64,000 bases of DNA from Calothrix sp. NIES-2098 (GCA_002368175.1 AP018172.1:157599-221598), one strand, 5' to 3'. Counted from the stretch's first letter, positions 48,695 through 60,243 are shown. The notes: generated by a model from the sequence alone, not told the origin. A program made the numbers and translations.

Positions 48695-49993
48695 TTGGTA
48701 AATACGACGATTAAAACGACAAAATCACAAGAGATCTTCGCTGCTGCCCAAAATCTCATGCCAGGAGGCGTAAGTTCTCCAGTTCGCGCATTCAAATCAG
48801 TAGGGGGACAACCAATTGTTTTCGATCGCGTTAAAGGCGCATACATTTGGGATGTCGATGGCAACCAATACATTGACTATGTAGGTACTTGGGGCCCTGC
48901 CATTTGCGGTCACGCCCATCCAGAAGTGATTGGGGCTCTCCATGAAGCCTTGGAAAAAGGTACTAGCTTTGGTGCGCCTTCTGTACTAGAAAATGTCTTA
49001 GCAGAAATGGTCATTGATGCTGTTCCTAGCATTGAAATGGTCAGATTTGTAAATTCTGGTACAGAAGCTTGTATGGCTGTGTTGCGGCTGATGCGGGCTT
49101 TTACAAACAGAGACAAAATCATCAAATTTGAAGGCTGCTACCACGGTCATGCTGATATGTTCTTGGTGAAGGCTGGATCTGGTGTTGCGACCCTCGGCTT
49201 ACCAGACTCGCCAGGAGTACCAAAATCGGCAACTAGCAATACTCTCACTGCGCCTTTCAATGACTTGGAAGCTGTCAAAGCCTTATTTGAGGAAAACCGC
49301 GATGAGATTGCTGGTGTAATTTTAGAGCCTGTTGTAGGCAATGCTGGGTTTATTACTCCCGATGCTGGTTTCCTTGAAGGGTTAAGAGAACTTACTCACG
49401 AACATGGAGCGTTATTAGTCTTTGACGAAGTGATGACAGGCTTCCGTATAGCCTATGGTGGCGCTCAAGAGAAATTTGGCGTTACTCCCGATTTGACCAC
49501 CTTGGGTAAAGTGATTGGTGGCGGTTTACCAGTAGGAGCCTATGGCGGCCGTCGGGATATCATGTCAATGGTGGCACCAGCTGGCCCTGTGTATCAAGCA
49601 GGAACTCTTTCGGGTAATCCTTTAGCAATGACGGCGGGAATTAAAACCCTAGAATTGTTGCAAAAACCAGGCACTTACGAGTACTTGGAAAAAATTACTC
49701 AAAAGCTAGCGGATGGCTTACTGCAAATTGCTCAAGAAACCGGTCACGCAGCTTGTGGTGGTCATATTAGCGCCATGTTTGGTTTATTTTTTACTGCTGG
49801 CCCAGTCCATAACTACGAGGATGCAAAAAACTCCGATACTGCAAAATTCGGACGCTTCCATCGCGGTATGCTAGAGCGCGGTATTTACCTAGCACCTTCT
49901 CAGTTTGAAGCTGGATTTACTTCTTGCGCTCACACTGAAGAGGATATCGATCGGACTTTAGCTGTAGCACGGGATGTGCTGTCTAGCTTGTAA
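48695..49993 (+). CDS. hemL: Glutamate-1-semialdehyde 2,1-aminomutase
   Basis: …[12 protein letters not shown]…[26 protein letters not shown]…[10 protein letters not shown]…. Class-III aminotransferase of 432 aa. Confidence 0.9.
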   Translation: MVNTTIKTTKSQEIFAAAQNLMPGGVSSPVRAFKSVGGQPIVFDRVKGAYIWDVDGNQYIDYVGTWGPAICGHAHPEVIGALHEALEKGTSFGAPSVLENVLAEMVIDAVPSIEMVRFVNSGTEACMAVLRLMRAFTNRDKIIKFEGCYHGHADMFLVKAGSGVATLGLPDSPGVPKSATSNTLTAPFNDLEAVKALFEENRDEIAGVILEPVVGNAGFITPDAGFLEGLRELTHEHGALLVFDEVMTGFRIAYGGAQEKFGVTPDLTTLGKVIGGGLPVGAYGGRRDIMSMVAPAGPVYQAGTLSGNPLAMTAGIKTLELLQKPGTYEYLEKITQKLADGLLQIAQETGHAACGGHISAMFGLFFTAGPVHNYEDAKNSDTAKFGRFHRGMLERGIYLAPSQFEAGFTSCAHTEEDIDRTLAVARDVLSSL

Positions 49994-50040
49994 GCTACTA
50001 ATAGTCTTTTTGCTAAAAATTGGCGATCGCTTCTAACAAG

Positions 50041-50225
50041 AGTTAGTCATTACTCACATTTTCGTGACAGTTCAGGTATCGTGTTGACCGTTATCCTGCC
50101 CAGCACCTAAATTCTGAGCTAATAGCACAAGTCTACTCAAGTGGACTGAAACATTAGTTTTGGCATAAATTCTAAGGTGGGACAACAACCAAGCACGAGT
50201 TTGAACTAGCTGAGTAATGACAAGC
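50041..50225. mobile_element. MITE-like small element with ~14-bp terminal inverted repeats
   Basis: agttaGTCATTACTCAc (50041-50057) pairs with gcTGAGTAATGACaagc (50208-50225). The interior and flank share short words with other intergenic sites (ggtaggtttgtcaat also at 43614-43628; ccaagcacgag also at 45293-45303). Confidence 0.35.
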
Positions 50226-50606
50226 CAATAAGAGGTAGGTTTGTCAATTTTTAGCAGCCATAACTTTTCTTGAGAATCGGGAATAACTATCCAAATAAGC
50301 TAAAAAATGTTAAATTAATCAAAATACATAATAATTAACGCTAAACCACCCTGAAATTTTAAGCTATAAAAAGTTGTATAAATACTTGCAAAATATTTAA
50401 AGCTATTTCAGTAAATACTTGTAGAAGTTAAGTATAAGTAACGATAGTAGATTTACGAGTGTATCAGATCGGCCATATTGCAACTTTAGGAATTCTTCAA
50501 AGGTTTTCCAGCAAAAATTACCTGGCACAAGTTGACTTTAGCTCACCATAATGATGGGAGTAGCGTAAGGCTACCTATCATTATTTATGCAGCGAGTTGA
50601 CAGTGC

Positions 50607-52223
50607 ATGAGCTATTGCTTAAATCCTACCTGTCCCCATCCAGAAAATTTGGCACATAGCCACCAGTGCCAGTCGTGTGGCTCGCAACTCCTTTTGAGCG
50701 ATCGCTATCAAGTGGTCAAACCATTAGGTCAAGGTGGCTTTGGTGCAACCTTCTTAGCAAACGATCTAGGTTTACCCGGAGAGCCAAGCTGTGTGATTAA
50801 GCAGTTGCGTCCCTCAGTAACTGCACCACACGTTTTACAGATGGCGCGAGAACTATTTGAGCGAGAAGCCAAAACTCTAGGTAAGATTGGCAATCATCCT
50901 CAATTGCCAAGACTGCTGGACTACTTTGAAGATCAACAGCAATTTTACTTAGTTCAAGAATATATCAGCGGTGCTACTCTGCAACAAGAAGTTCAACGTA
51001 ATGGTAACTTTACGGAAGCTGGAGTCAAACAGTTCTTAAGTGAAATCTTGCCATTGCTGCAATATATCCACGAGCAAAAGGTAATTCACCGCGATATCAA
51101 ACCAGCTAACTTGATTCGCCGCACTCAAGATGCGCGAATGGTGCTGATCGACTTTGGTGCAGTCAAAAACCAAGTCGCCCAGGTAATACCCGGTCAATCT
51201 GAGCCAACAGCATTAACTGCATATGCAATTGGGACTCCTGGTTTTGCACCTCCAGAGCAAATGGCAATGCGTCCAGTTTACGCGAGTGATATCTACGCAC
51301 TAGGAGTTACTTGTATTTATCTGTTGACTGGTAAGACTCCTAAAGATTTAGAATACAATCCCTCAACAGGTGAAATGATTTGGGAACCACTTGTACAAGT
51401 GAGCGATCACTTAACGAGCGTGCTGCGGAAAATGTTAGAAGTTTCAGTACGCAACCGTTACAAGTCAGCCCAAGAAGTGCTTCGGGGGCTAGAAATGGAA
51501 CCTTACCTCGATAGTTTGGCTAAGGGGCTGCTGGTAAAGGGTGATGGGGGGGTTAAAGACCCAACAAACGCGATCGCTAATTCTGCTGTTTTGTCTGATG
51601 GTTCGGCTGTTAATTCTACTAATACAGGAGTAGCACAGGTAGCAGCAGCAATTCGAGCTAGGCGAGCTAAGACAACTGAAAGTGTGGGATTGCATCAAGG
51701 AGGAATGCGCCCCAAGGTTTTGATGACAAAACCAGCAATTTTGGAGAGCAATAATAGTAATGGCTCACAAAATCAGAATTCTAAAGTTGTACGTAAATTA
51801 AATACCCAAGGTTTACTAACTGCTTACCTCAAAGGCAGACGAGATTTTGCCCTATATAATTTGAGTATGTTAAACCTGCAAGGCACAGATTTATCAGGAG
51901 CAAATTTCCATTCTGCGCAATTGCAAAAAACTAACTTTCAAGGAGCCGATCTCCACGACAGCGACTTTGGCAGAGCTAGCCTGACTGAAGCTAATCTTAG
52001 GGATGCTAACCTGAGTAAGGCTTACTTTAGTAATGCCGATCTAGAAGGAGCAGATCTGAGAGGTGCTGACCTCAGCCATGCTTATCTCAGCAATGCTAAT
52101 CTTAGAGGAGCTAATCTTTGTGGAGCGATTCTCACTGGTGCCAAAATTACCGAAGAGCAATTGTTACTAGCAAAGACGAATTGGATGACAGTGCGCCCTA
52201 ATGGTAAAAGAGGCTTGTTGTAA
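50607..52223 (+). CDS. Ser/Thr protein kinase with N-terminal zinc-ribbon and C-terminal pentapeptide repeats
   Basis: CxxC…CxxC ribbon, kinase motifs (GQGGFGATF, VIKQL, HRDIKPANL, DFG), then an A(D/N)LxG pentapeptide run. Confidence 0.8.
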   Translation: MSYCLNPTCPHPENLAHSHQCQSCGSQLLLSDRYQVVKPLGQGGFGATFLANDLGLPGEPSCVIKQLRPSVTAPHVLQMARELFEREAKTLGKIGNHPQLPRLLDYFEDQQQFYLVQEYISGATLQQEVQRNGNFTEAGVKQFLSEILPLLQYIHEQKVIHRDIKPANLIRRTQDARMVLIDFGAVKNQVAQVIPGQSEPTALTAYAIGTPGFAPPEQMAMRPVYASDIYALGVTCIYLLTGKTPKDLEYNPSTGEMIWEPLVQVSDHLTSVLRKMLEVSVRNRYKSAQEVLRGLEMEPYLDSLAKGLLVKGDGGVKDPTNAIANSAVLSDGSAVNSTNTGVAQVAAAIRARRAKTTESVGLHQGGMRPKVLMTKPAILESNNSNGSQNQNSKVVRKLNTQGLLTAYLKGRRDFALYNLSMLNLQGTDLSGANFHSAQLQKTNFQGADLHDSDFGRASLTEANLRDANLSKAYFSNADLEGADLRGADLSHAYLSNANLRGANLCGAILTGAKITEEQLLLAKTNWMTVRPNGKRGLL

Positions 52224-52716
52224 TTAATAGTTGAGATTTGGGATCTCTAAATTTTAGGTAGTTGAAAATTTTTAATTCAACATCAAGCATTTTTTCAGAG
52301 CGATCGCAGCGCTCTCTAATCTCTTCAAAGATGGGTATGTTGAATATTTACAGCTAAAACCGCTGTGACAAAACTCTAGGGCTGAGGGTGTGGTAGTTAT
52401 CTTGCTTGAAAGCACAATTGCCCAATATTAAATTTTGCCATCACGATATAGCAAAGCCATACCGTTATTTTGTATATTTTAACAATTTTATAAGAAAATT
52501 TTAATATTTCTAAGTTGTTAAAATTTGACAATCATAATTTACAATAAAAAACAAACCGTCACAATAATTTTTTATAAAAACTTTTGATGACATTTATGGT
52601 TGCTACCACCTAGAAAACTTAGAGCTAAAAAATCAAAAGTTTCTATGCTCTTAAGCGGTTCTTTGTTTAGGTAGTAGCAGTAAGTAAATTATTTTCATAG
52701 CTGAGACGAAATATTA

Positions 52717-53490
52717 ATGAACGAAATCAGCAGATCGCATTTTTTGCCCGTTAAAGGCTCATCTATGATGGTTGAGTTACAAGGAAAAGAATTACAACAA
52801 AGATTAAGTTTATTTCAAGTATTTCTCAAGTTATATGAACAACATGGCAGCCTTTTAGATGACATCCTTCAGCTAGAGAATTTAACTCAGACATCATTGG
52901 CAACAAAGCAAGGTTACATACAAGGTGTCATAGATGGTTGTAGTGTTTATGTAATTACTAATTTATGCGATAACAAAACCCAAAGTTTACAGCAGCCACA
53001 GCAAATATGGACTATAGGTAGAGATGAAAGCAATGGGATCTATATTGCCGATCGCTATCTATCCGATCGCCACGCTGCAATTCAGTATATTGAGCATCAA
53101 GGCTTTTATTTGATTGACTTTAAAAGTACAAATGGTTCATTTGTCAATGGCGAACCAGTCTACAAGCCAACAAAACTTAATGATGGCGATCGCATCCGTC
53201 TGGGTATGATAACTTTTAATTTTTTTATTAATCATAGCTGCCGCAATTTGCCGAGTGTAGCTGTAGAGTTATTAATGCAGCTTGTGCCTGGTATGGATAA
53301 CCCAATTAGTATATTTCATTCAACCAACGAGCAACAACGATATCAAACAGATATCATCAAAGACTTAAATATTGTTGATAATTTGGATAATTTGAAATCT
53401 CCACATAGCAAATTTAGTGCCGAAGAAAAATCAGAAATTTTAGATCGCTTTTTTAGCAGACACCAGCGGGAAAATTTAGAAATTCCATAA
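52717..53490 (+). CDS. FHA-domain protein
   Basis: …WTIGRDESNGIYIADRYLSDRHAAIQYIEHQGFYLIDFKSTNGSFVNGEPV…. Confidence 0.7.
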   Translation: MNEISRSHFLPVKGSSMMVELQGKELQQRLSLFQVFLKLYEQHGSLLDDILQLENLTQTSLATKQGYIQGVIDGCSVYVITNLCDNKTQSLQQPQQIWTIGRDESNGIYIADRYLSDRHAAIQYIEHQGFYLIDFKSTNGSFVNGEPVYKPTKLNDGDRIRLGMITFNFFINHSCRNLPSVAVELLMQLVPGMDNPISIFHSTNEQQRYQTDIIKDLNIVDNLDNLKSPHSKFSAEEKSEILDRFFSRHQRENLEIP

Positions 53491-53595
53491 AAAATGAGTT
53501 CGTATTTTCAGGCTAAAGTCCTAACTACGAACTCATCATCTAATTATGCATGGGGTATATAGCAAAATCTGCTATATATCCCATTTTTTTTACTT

Positions 53596-54672
53596 TTATT
53601 CCTCTTCTTCTAAATCAGCTTCTTCTTCCTCTTCATCGCTGACTTTCGTTACCGAGTTAGCAGAAACCACAGCTCCTTTATCTAACTTTTCACGTACCAA
53701 CTGCTTAATTTGGGCGGCAAATTCTGGCTTTTCTTCTAGATATTTGATGGCATTATCTCGACCTTGAGAAATATTATCGCCATTGTAGCTATACCAAGCA
53801 CCTTTACGGATGAGGATGCCAGTTTCTTCTGCTAAGTCAACAAGACAACCTAAAGTAGAAACTCCTTTACCAAAAATAATGTCAAATTCTGCAACTCTAA
53901 AAGGCGGTGCTACTTTATTTTTTGCCACCTTCACCTTAACGCGGTTCCCGAATTCATCTGTACCTTTTTTCAAAGTTTGAATGCGACGAATATCTAAGCG
54001 CACCGAAGCGTAGAATTTTAAGGCATTACCACCAGTTGTAGTTTCTGGGCTACCATAGGTGACACCAATTTTTTGCCGCAATTGGTTAATAAAAATTACT
54101 GTACAGCCAGATTTACCAATGTTACCAGTAATTTTACGTAAAGCCTGGCTCATTAACCGAGCTTGGAGACCAACGTGAGCATCACCCATATCGCCTTCAA
54201 TTTCGGCACGGGGAACCAGTGCTGCTACTGAGTCAATAACGACAATATCAACAGCAGCAGAGCGCACCAGCTGATCGACAATTTCTAAAGCAGCTTCTCC
54301 TGTATCGGGTTGAGAAACTAGCAGATTTTCAATATCTACACCTAATGCTGCGGCATAGGTGGGGTCAAGGGCATGTTCAGCGTCAACAAAGGCAGCAATA
54401 CCACCTTCTCGTTGCACTTCCGCGATCGCGTGCAGTGCTACTGTTGTTTTACCGGAACTTTCCGGCCCATAAATCTCAATCACCCGCCCCTTGGGTAAAC
54501 CTCCACCCAATGCTAAATCCAAGGTGAGCGCCCCAGTGGAAATTGTCTCTACTCGCATCCGAGTAGCATCCCCTAGGCGCATGATTGCTCCCTTACCAAA
54601 GCTGCGCTCAATTTGGTTGAGTACAATATTCAGCGCTTTTTGCTTGCCAGAAGTATCGGTATTGATAGCCAT
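53596..54672 (-). CDS. recA: Recombinase A
   Basis: …GPESSGKTT… Walker A, and L1/L2 loops. 358 aa with an acidic tail. Confidence 0.95.
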   Translation of the reverse strand: MAINTDTSGKQKALNIVLNQIERSFGKGAIMRLGDATRMRVETISTGALTLDLALGGGLPKGRVIEIYGPESSGKTTVALHAIAEVQREGGIAAFVDAEHALDPTYAAALGVDIENLLVSQPDTGEAALEIVDQLVRSAAVDIVVIDSVAALVPRAEIEGDMGDAHVGLQARLMSQALRKITGNIGKSGCTVIFINQLRQKIGVTYGSPETTTGGNALKFYASVRLDIRRIQTLKKGTDEFGNRVKVKVAKNKVAPPFRVAEFDIIFGKGVSTLGCLVDLAEETGILIRKGAWYSYNGDNISQGRDNAIKYLEEKPEFAAQIKQLVREKLDKGAVVSANSVTKVSDEEEEEADLEEEE

Positions 54673-54722
54673 TCCTGCCTCTAATATATGGATTTAAGGA
54701 TTGTTTGGGATTGGAGTCTGAG

Positions 54723-54738
54723 TAGAACAGATATACTA
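54723..54738. promoter_or_regulatory. Candidate cyanobacterial LexA box upstream of recA
   Basis: tAGAACagatATACTa resembles the AGAAC-N4-GTACT half-site arrangement (reverse of AGTAC-N4-GTTCT) with one mismatch. It lies 51-66 bp upstream of the recA start. Confidence 0.3.
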
Positions 54739-55350
54739 TTTTAACCAGAAAATTCTGGAATAGAACTTTTAAAACAAAGAAGTGTGACAAGATCGTAACT
54801 CGATCTCTACCTGATTTGGGTAGCTCGATCTAAGTAAGTTTCAGCGCTTGTATATGTTAATAATAGCACCAGTAAAACTATAACTTAGATAGAGAAAGAG
54901 TTGTATGATTATTGGCCACTCAACTTTAGTAGTCTAACTCTTCGTATCAGACTAGCAGAAAAATTACCAAACCCTCCACAGTGCAATCCCACCTTGGTTT
55001 CTACACTTTAATTTTGACTTTTATCAAGAAAGTTTGCAGAGCTTATATCTATTCAAATAATTTTTCCGATACATAAATTATTGCTAAAGAATATGTATTT
55101 AGCTCGTAGTTGCGCTTTAGCGCTAAAGCGCAACTACAAACGAGTGAATTTTTAATATTAGCTGTTATGAGGTTAGTTAGATTTTTTAAATAATAAAGAT
55201 ATAGGGATCGAATTACTAAGCATAAATTTGAAATATTGCAGAGAAAAGAGGGGTAAATAAATTCAAAATTCCCAGTTACACCTGCAAAACTTGAATTTTC
55301 TACTCCCCATCTCCTCTGCTATGACTCAAAGGTGCTATCTTCAACCACTG

Positions 55351-56607
55351 TTAAGGAGCTAAAGCGTTACCACGAATGAGGCTACCAATGGTCTTGGCAG
55401 TAATTTTCAGTTGAGTGATGGGATTGGCGGGGACAACTGTCTTATACAGATAGCTATCAAATGTGAGCTTTTGCACATCCATATCAGCACACATTTCGAC
55501 GAACGCCTCGCGGGTAGCGTCGGTACGATAAAATACTGTTTGCAGAATGTCCAATACCTTGTAGGTAAGTCCGTATTTTTTATCCCAGCGCTTTAGATAA
55601 ACTTTGAGGTCATTTTCTGTGGGGATGGATTGGCCGCTGTTGGATAGTTCCACAATTGTTTCGGCACACATCCGCCCAGATTTAGCAGCAAAGTAAATAC
55701 CTTCACCAGAGGACTTAGTAACATAACCAGCCGCATCTCCTACTAAAGCGACTCTACCGACAACGCGGCGAGGACGGGGATGTTCGGGGATGGGGTGTGC
55801 TTCTACTTTGATGATTTGGCCGCCTGCTAACTTCTCAATTGCACGGGCACGAATACCAGCTTGTAACTGTTTAATGCTGGCTTTGTTAACCTGCATTGTG
55901 CCAGTACCCACAGCTACGTGGTCATATTTGGGGAATACCCAAGCGTAGAAGTCAGTAGAAACGTCATTACCGACATACATTTCGGCAAGGTCGTTGTAGT
56001 ATGCCATTTTGTCTTCGGGGAGACGAATTCGCTCTTGGAAAGCGATCGCATAATTATAATCCCCAGCATCAATTTCTTTAGCAATCCGAGAATTAGCCCC
56101 ATCAGCCCCGATTACTAAATCCACTTTCAAAGTTTTGGCAATACCCTGTGCGCCCCCTTCTGTATGGTCTACATAATGGATGGTGTAGGGGTCGGTATTG
56201 TTGGTAGGTATATCAAGTTTATGAACGGTGGCATTAATTAAAGTTGCACCTAGTTTTGCCGCACGATTTCTTAAGAAACCATCCAGCACCTCCCGGCGGC
56301 ACATTCCTATATATTCTTCTTGATTGATCAGATTGATATCGACCTCACGATTGGAGGGTGATATCATTTTCATCTTTCGCACCCGGCGATCGATAATTTC
56401 TGGTGGTAAGTCAAACTCACTCACCATACACAGGGGAATTGCACCCCCGCAGGGCTTGGCATTATCTAGCTTCCGCTCAATTAGGTAGGTCTCAATCCCA
56501 GCTTTTGCCAGTGTTTCAGCGGCAGATGAACCAGCTGGGCCCGAACCAACAACAGCAACCCGTAGTGTCAAAGGTTTTCTCCCAATCTTGACATTTACCG
56601 AAAGCAT
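55351..56607 (-). CDS. chlP: Geranylgeranyl diphosphate reductase
   Basis: FAD-binding motif VAVVGSGPAGSSAAETLAKAG. ChlP-like throughout. The true start is possibly slightly downstream of 56607. Confidence 0.85.
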   Translation of the reverse strand: MLSVNVKIGRKPLTLRVAVVGSGPAGSSAAETLAKAGIETYLIERKLDNAKPCGGAIPLCMVSEFDLPPEIIDRRVRKMKMISPSNREVDINLINQEEYIGMCRREVLDGFLRNRAAKLGATLINATVHKLDIPTNNTDPYTIHYVDHTEGGAQGIAKTLKVDLVIGADGANSRIAKEIDAGDYNYAIAFQERIRLPEDKMAYYNDLAEMYVGNDVSTDFYAWVFPKYDHVAVGTGTMQVNKASIKQLQAGIRARAIEKLAGGQIIKVEAHPIPEHPRPRRVVGRVALVGDAAGYVTKSSGEGIYFAAKSGRMCAETIVELSNSGQSIPTENDLKVYLKRWDKKYGLTYKVLDILQTVFYRTDATREAFVEMCADMDVQKLTFDSYLYKTVVPANPITQLKITAKTIGSLIRGNALAP

Positions 56608-56760
56608 CGTACCACGGACGTTTGGCTCATTTCTCGCTCTTGCTGCTGGTTTTGACGGAAATGCAATATTCCTTAATATTTCGACACGAACACCCTAGCA
56701 AGCATGAAATGTGGAGTATGACCTAATAAGCTTAAACATTTTATACTTCATGCTTATATC

Positions 56761-57267
56761 ATGGAAATTTCTCTATTTGATTCTCTTACTAGACGAGTTG
56801 GTGTTGTTGCGGTTACTGGCTATCAAAAATACATTTCTCCACATAAAGGCTTTGTTTGCGCTCATCGAGTTTTATATGGTGGCGAATCTTGCTCTCAACA
56901 CATTAAGCGGTTAATTGCGGAAGATGGATTTCAAGGATTACTAGCTACGTCTCGTAAGCGATTTCAAGCTTGTAAGCAAGCCAACCGAATATTAAGGTCG
57001 CAATTAGAGAACTCAGAACCGTCTGAGGATGAAGAAGCAAATCTGCATTCACCAAAAAAAGTCTTAAGTGACTCTGCAAAAAAATCTTCTTTGAATACTA
57101 GTAATAGTAGTGACTGTGTAGACTGTGCTGATGTCAGTTGTAATTGCGCTGAACTTCTGAATATGACTCCTGATTGTAGCGTCGCCGATTGTAGTACAGT
57201 TGATTGTAGTTTTCTAGATTGTAGCGGTGCTGATTGTAGCTTTCTTGACTGTGGTAGCTGTGGGTAA
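56761..57267 (+). CDS. yidD: YidD-family (membrane protein insertion efficiency factor) homolog with Ser- and Cys-rich C-terminal extension
   Basis: Core …YQKYISPHKGFVCAHRVLYGGESCSQH… is YidD-like. A ~90-aa tail follows, with five DCSxx pentapeptides encoded by a 15-nt tandem DNA repeat at 57172-57250. Confidence 0.55.
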   Translation: MEISLFDSLTRRVGVVAVTGYQKYISPHKGFVCAHRVLYGGESCSQHIKRLIAEDGFQGLLATSRKRFQACKQANRILRSQLENSEPSEDEEANLHSPKKVLSDSAKKSSLNTSNSSDCVDCADVSCNCAELLNMTPDCSVADCSTVDCSFLDCSGADCSFLDCGSCG

Positions 57268-57370
57268 TTCAAGCTTTTGAATTTAACTAGTTTGAAAGCA
57301 ATACACTTATGGTATATATGTATTACGGTAATTCTAGCAATTATTCGTAGATTTTAGGGGAAAAGCAGCA

Positions 57371-58387
57371 GTGGGCATATTAGTTGAGAATGTATCCAAA
57401 CAATTTGGTAGTTTTAAAGCTGTCGATCGCGTAAGTTTGGAAATTAAAAGCGGTTCTCTTGTTGCGTTGCTTGGCCCATCAGGATCGGGAAAATCCACGC
57501 TGCTGCGCTTAATCTCTGGCTTAGAGTTACCAGATAGTGGCAAAATTTACCTGACTGGGAAAGATGCTACTTATCAAAGCGTACAGGAACGAAATATTGG
57601 GTTTGTATTTCAGCACTATGCTCTCTTTAAGCATAGGACTGTGCGCCAGAATATTGCGTTTGGTTTAGAAATTCGCAAAGCCCCAGCCAAGAGAATTCAG
57701 GCTAAGGTAGAACAATTATTAGAGTTAGTGCAATTAAGTGGATTAGGCGATCGCTATCCATCACAACTGTCTGGCGGACAAAGACAACGGGTAGCTTTAG
57801 CTAGAGCTTTGGCAGTCGAACCCGAAGTATTATTGCTAGATGAACCTTTTGGCGCGCTTGATGCGAAAGTTCGCAAAGATTTACGGGCGTGGTTACGCCG
57901 TCTTCACGATGAAGTTCATGTCACGACTGTTTTTGTTACCCACGACCAAGAAGAGGCTATGGAAGTCTCTGATGAAATTGTCGTAATGAATAACGGGCGT
58001 GTAGAACAAGTAGGAACACCAGAGCAAATTTACGATCATCCTGCCAGTTCCTTTGTCATGAGTTTTATTGGCCCGGTAAACGTTTTGCCTAGTTCTTCTC
58101 GGATTTTCAAAAGCAGTGGGTTTGAGGTTCCACATCCAGAAGTCTTTTTACGCCCCCAAGATGTCATTGTAGAGACATCCGCCAACGGTGCTACTACACC
58201 TGCAACAGTTAGCCGAGTTATACATTTGGGTTGGGAAGTTCAAGTAGAATTAAGTTTGGATGAAGGGCAAGTGGTGATGGCGCATTTAACACGCGATCGC
58301 TATAAAGAATTGCAATTAGAACCAGAACAACGGGTATATGTGAAACCAAAGGATGCAAAGTCTTTCCCTTTGTCTTATTCTATTTAA
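57371..58387 (+). CDS. cysA: Sulfate/thiosulfate (or molybdate-type) ABC importer ATPase with TOBE domain
   Basis: Walker [10 protein letters not shown], signature [15 protein letters not shown], Walker [12 protein letters not shown], and a C-terminal TOBE fold. GTG start at 57371. Confidence 0.75.
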   Translation: MGILVENVSKQFGSFKAVDRVSLEIKSGSLVALLGPSGSGKSTLLRLISGLELPDSGKIYLTGKDATYQSVQERNIGFVFQHYALFKHRTVRQNIAFGLEIRKAPAKRIQAKVEQLLELVQLSGLGDRYPSQLSGGQRQRVALARALAVEPEVLLLDEPFGALDAKVRKDLRAWLRRLHDEVHVTTVFVTHDQEEAMEVSDEIVVMNNGRVEQVGTPEQIYDHPASSFVMSFIGPVNVLPSSSRIFKSSGFEVPHPEVFLRPQDVIVETSANGATTPATVSRVIHLGWEVQVELSLDEGQVVMAHLTRDRYKELQLEPEQRVYVKPKDAKSFPLSYSI

Positions 58388-58619
58388 CTAGTTCGGCAAA
58401 ATTTCCCGCATTCAGGTGGAGTTAAGGGTGAATAGTTCACAATGTAGCGAATGCGCAAATATCAAGAAATACCCAGATAAATAAAACACTTTGTGGATAA
58501 AGCTTGAGAGAATATTTCTGCAAAATCTGTTGAATTTACATGATTTTTTAGCATAGTAAAGCCAATCTAGCCCAATTTTAAGTATGGAATAGCACATAAT
58601 AAATTCATGAAATCAGAAT

Positions 58620-59897
58620 TTGTGCTGTTTCCTCATGCTAAGTTCTTCAATTGTTCTGTCTTTGATTGTCACCGCGATCGCTCTTGGAGCCTCGATCATG
58701 GGACTATCAATTTTCAAGACTCAAACAATTCTCAAATTATTCAAGACAGAATCAGAGCAACTGGGTTGGCGAATCATGTTTTTGCTCATGATTGTTTTTC
58801 TAGGCGGTTATTTATTGTGTATCTATTTAACAGTTACGAAGCTGATTCAATGGATACCATTACTTACGGGAATGGTTTTCTTTTTCGGAGCGTTATTCGT
58901 ATTTTTCAGCGTTACTATCTATTACCAAACACTGCAAAGATTATTGTCAGTACAAGAACAATACCGCACCGCAAAAGAAAAGGCAGAGTCAACTTTATTT
59001 AAATTACAAGAAACTCAGCAAGCTCAAATGCAGTTAATTCAACGCGAAACTATGTTAGCGTTGGGAACAATGGTAGCTGGGGTTGCCCACGAAATTAATA
59101 ATCCAATCAGCTTTATTCATGGTAATTTAGAATTTCTTCATCAGTATATCAATGACTTACTCAGCCTGTTGGCAACTTATGCTGATGTTTATCCCAATCC
59201 AGATATTAAAATTGTCAAAGCTATTGCTAACAGCGACCTGAAATTTATCCAGAAAGACTTGCCAAAACTGCTAAACTCGATGACAGTTGGCACAATTCGT
59301 ATCCAAGAAATTGTTGAATCGCTCTCAAATTTCTCACGGTTGAATGAATCAGACTATAAAAAAGCTGACATCCACGAAGGTATTGATAGTACACTTGTAA
59401 TTTTGCAACATCGGCTTAATTGTTATACTAGTAATAATAAACCTATTTCAGTAATTAAACAGTACGAGAATATTCCTCATATTTTTTGTAATCCTCGCTT
59501 TTTAAATCAAGTATTTCTCAATTTAATTAATAATGCAATTGATGCCTTGCTGAAAAAAGCAGCTAATCTCAGTTCGATTACAGATGAAACACCAACTATT
59601 TGGATTCATACATTTCACTCTCAGCATAATGAAATTACTATTTCAATTGCTGATAATGGTTGTGGGATGAGCGAAGAAGTTTGCCAGAATATTTTCCAAC
59701 CTTTTTTTACAACTAAGCCTGTTGGTCAGGGAACTGGTTTAGGTTTGTCTATTAGTTATCAAATTATCGTTGAGCAACATGGTGGTTCTATCAAATGTAC
59801 TTCTACTGCCAATCAGGGAACTAAAATCGATATTAAGCTACCAATTAAACAAGCAGAAAAGACTGTTGTTACTCAATCAACGCATGATTACAGCTGA
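58620..59897 (+). CDS. Membrane sensor histidine kinase
   Basis: Two N-terminal TM helices. H-box VAHEINNPISFI, then N, G1 and G2 boxes (…DNGCGMSEEV…GQGTGLGLSIS…). An alternative ATG lies at 58635. Confidence 0.8.
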   Translation: MCCFLMLSSSIVLSLIVTAIALGASIMGLSIFKTQTILKLFKTESEQLGWRIMFLLMIVFLGGYLLCIYLTVTKLIQWIPLLTGMVFFFGALFVFFSVTIYYQTLQRLLSVQEQYRTAKEKAESTLFKLQETQQAQMQLIQRETMLALGTMVAGVAHEINNPISFIHGNLEFLHQYINDLLSLLATYADVYPNPDIKIVKAIANSDLKFIQKDLPKLLNSMTVGTIRIQEIVESLSNFSRLNESDYKKADIHEGIDSTLVILQHRLNCYTSNNKPISVIKQYENIPHIFCNPRFLNQVFLNLINNAIDALLKKAANLSSITDETPTIWIHTFHSQHNEITISIADNGCGMSEEVCQNIFQPFFTTKPVGQGTGLGLSISYQIIVEQHGGSIKCTSTANQGTKIDIKLPIKQAEKTVVTQSTHDYS

Positions 59898-60243
59898 AGC
59901 TAATAAAGCTATATAATAATTATTTTTTAGTCAAATTCCAGAAATAGCCTACAAGTATGCAATATCAAATTTTGGCTATATTTGAAGCTGTGTTGCAAAA
60001 ATGAGAAAAGCTGAGGCCGATATTAGAAAATATATTTTGTTCATAATTTGAGCAATATCGTTGAATTAACTGCAAGTACTCGCTCTAATCAAGAGTGTTT
60101 TTTTGGGTATTGTCATTTTTGCTGATTGGGTATTCCTGTTGAGGAATTGTCGCGATCGCTGTCATACTTTTAACATTTAACTACTCTCAATCACGACCAA
60201 AAGTTGACAAGACCCGTAACCTAACTCAGTAAATACTTGGGAT

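Noticed and set aside
56964-57272. 102-aa ORF (-) with LQS repeats
   Set aside because: It is antisense to the DCSxx repeat tail of the yidD homolog and is produced by the 15-nt DNA repeat.
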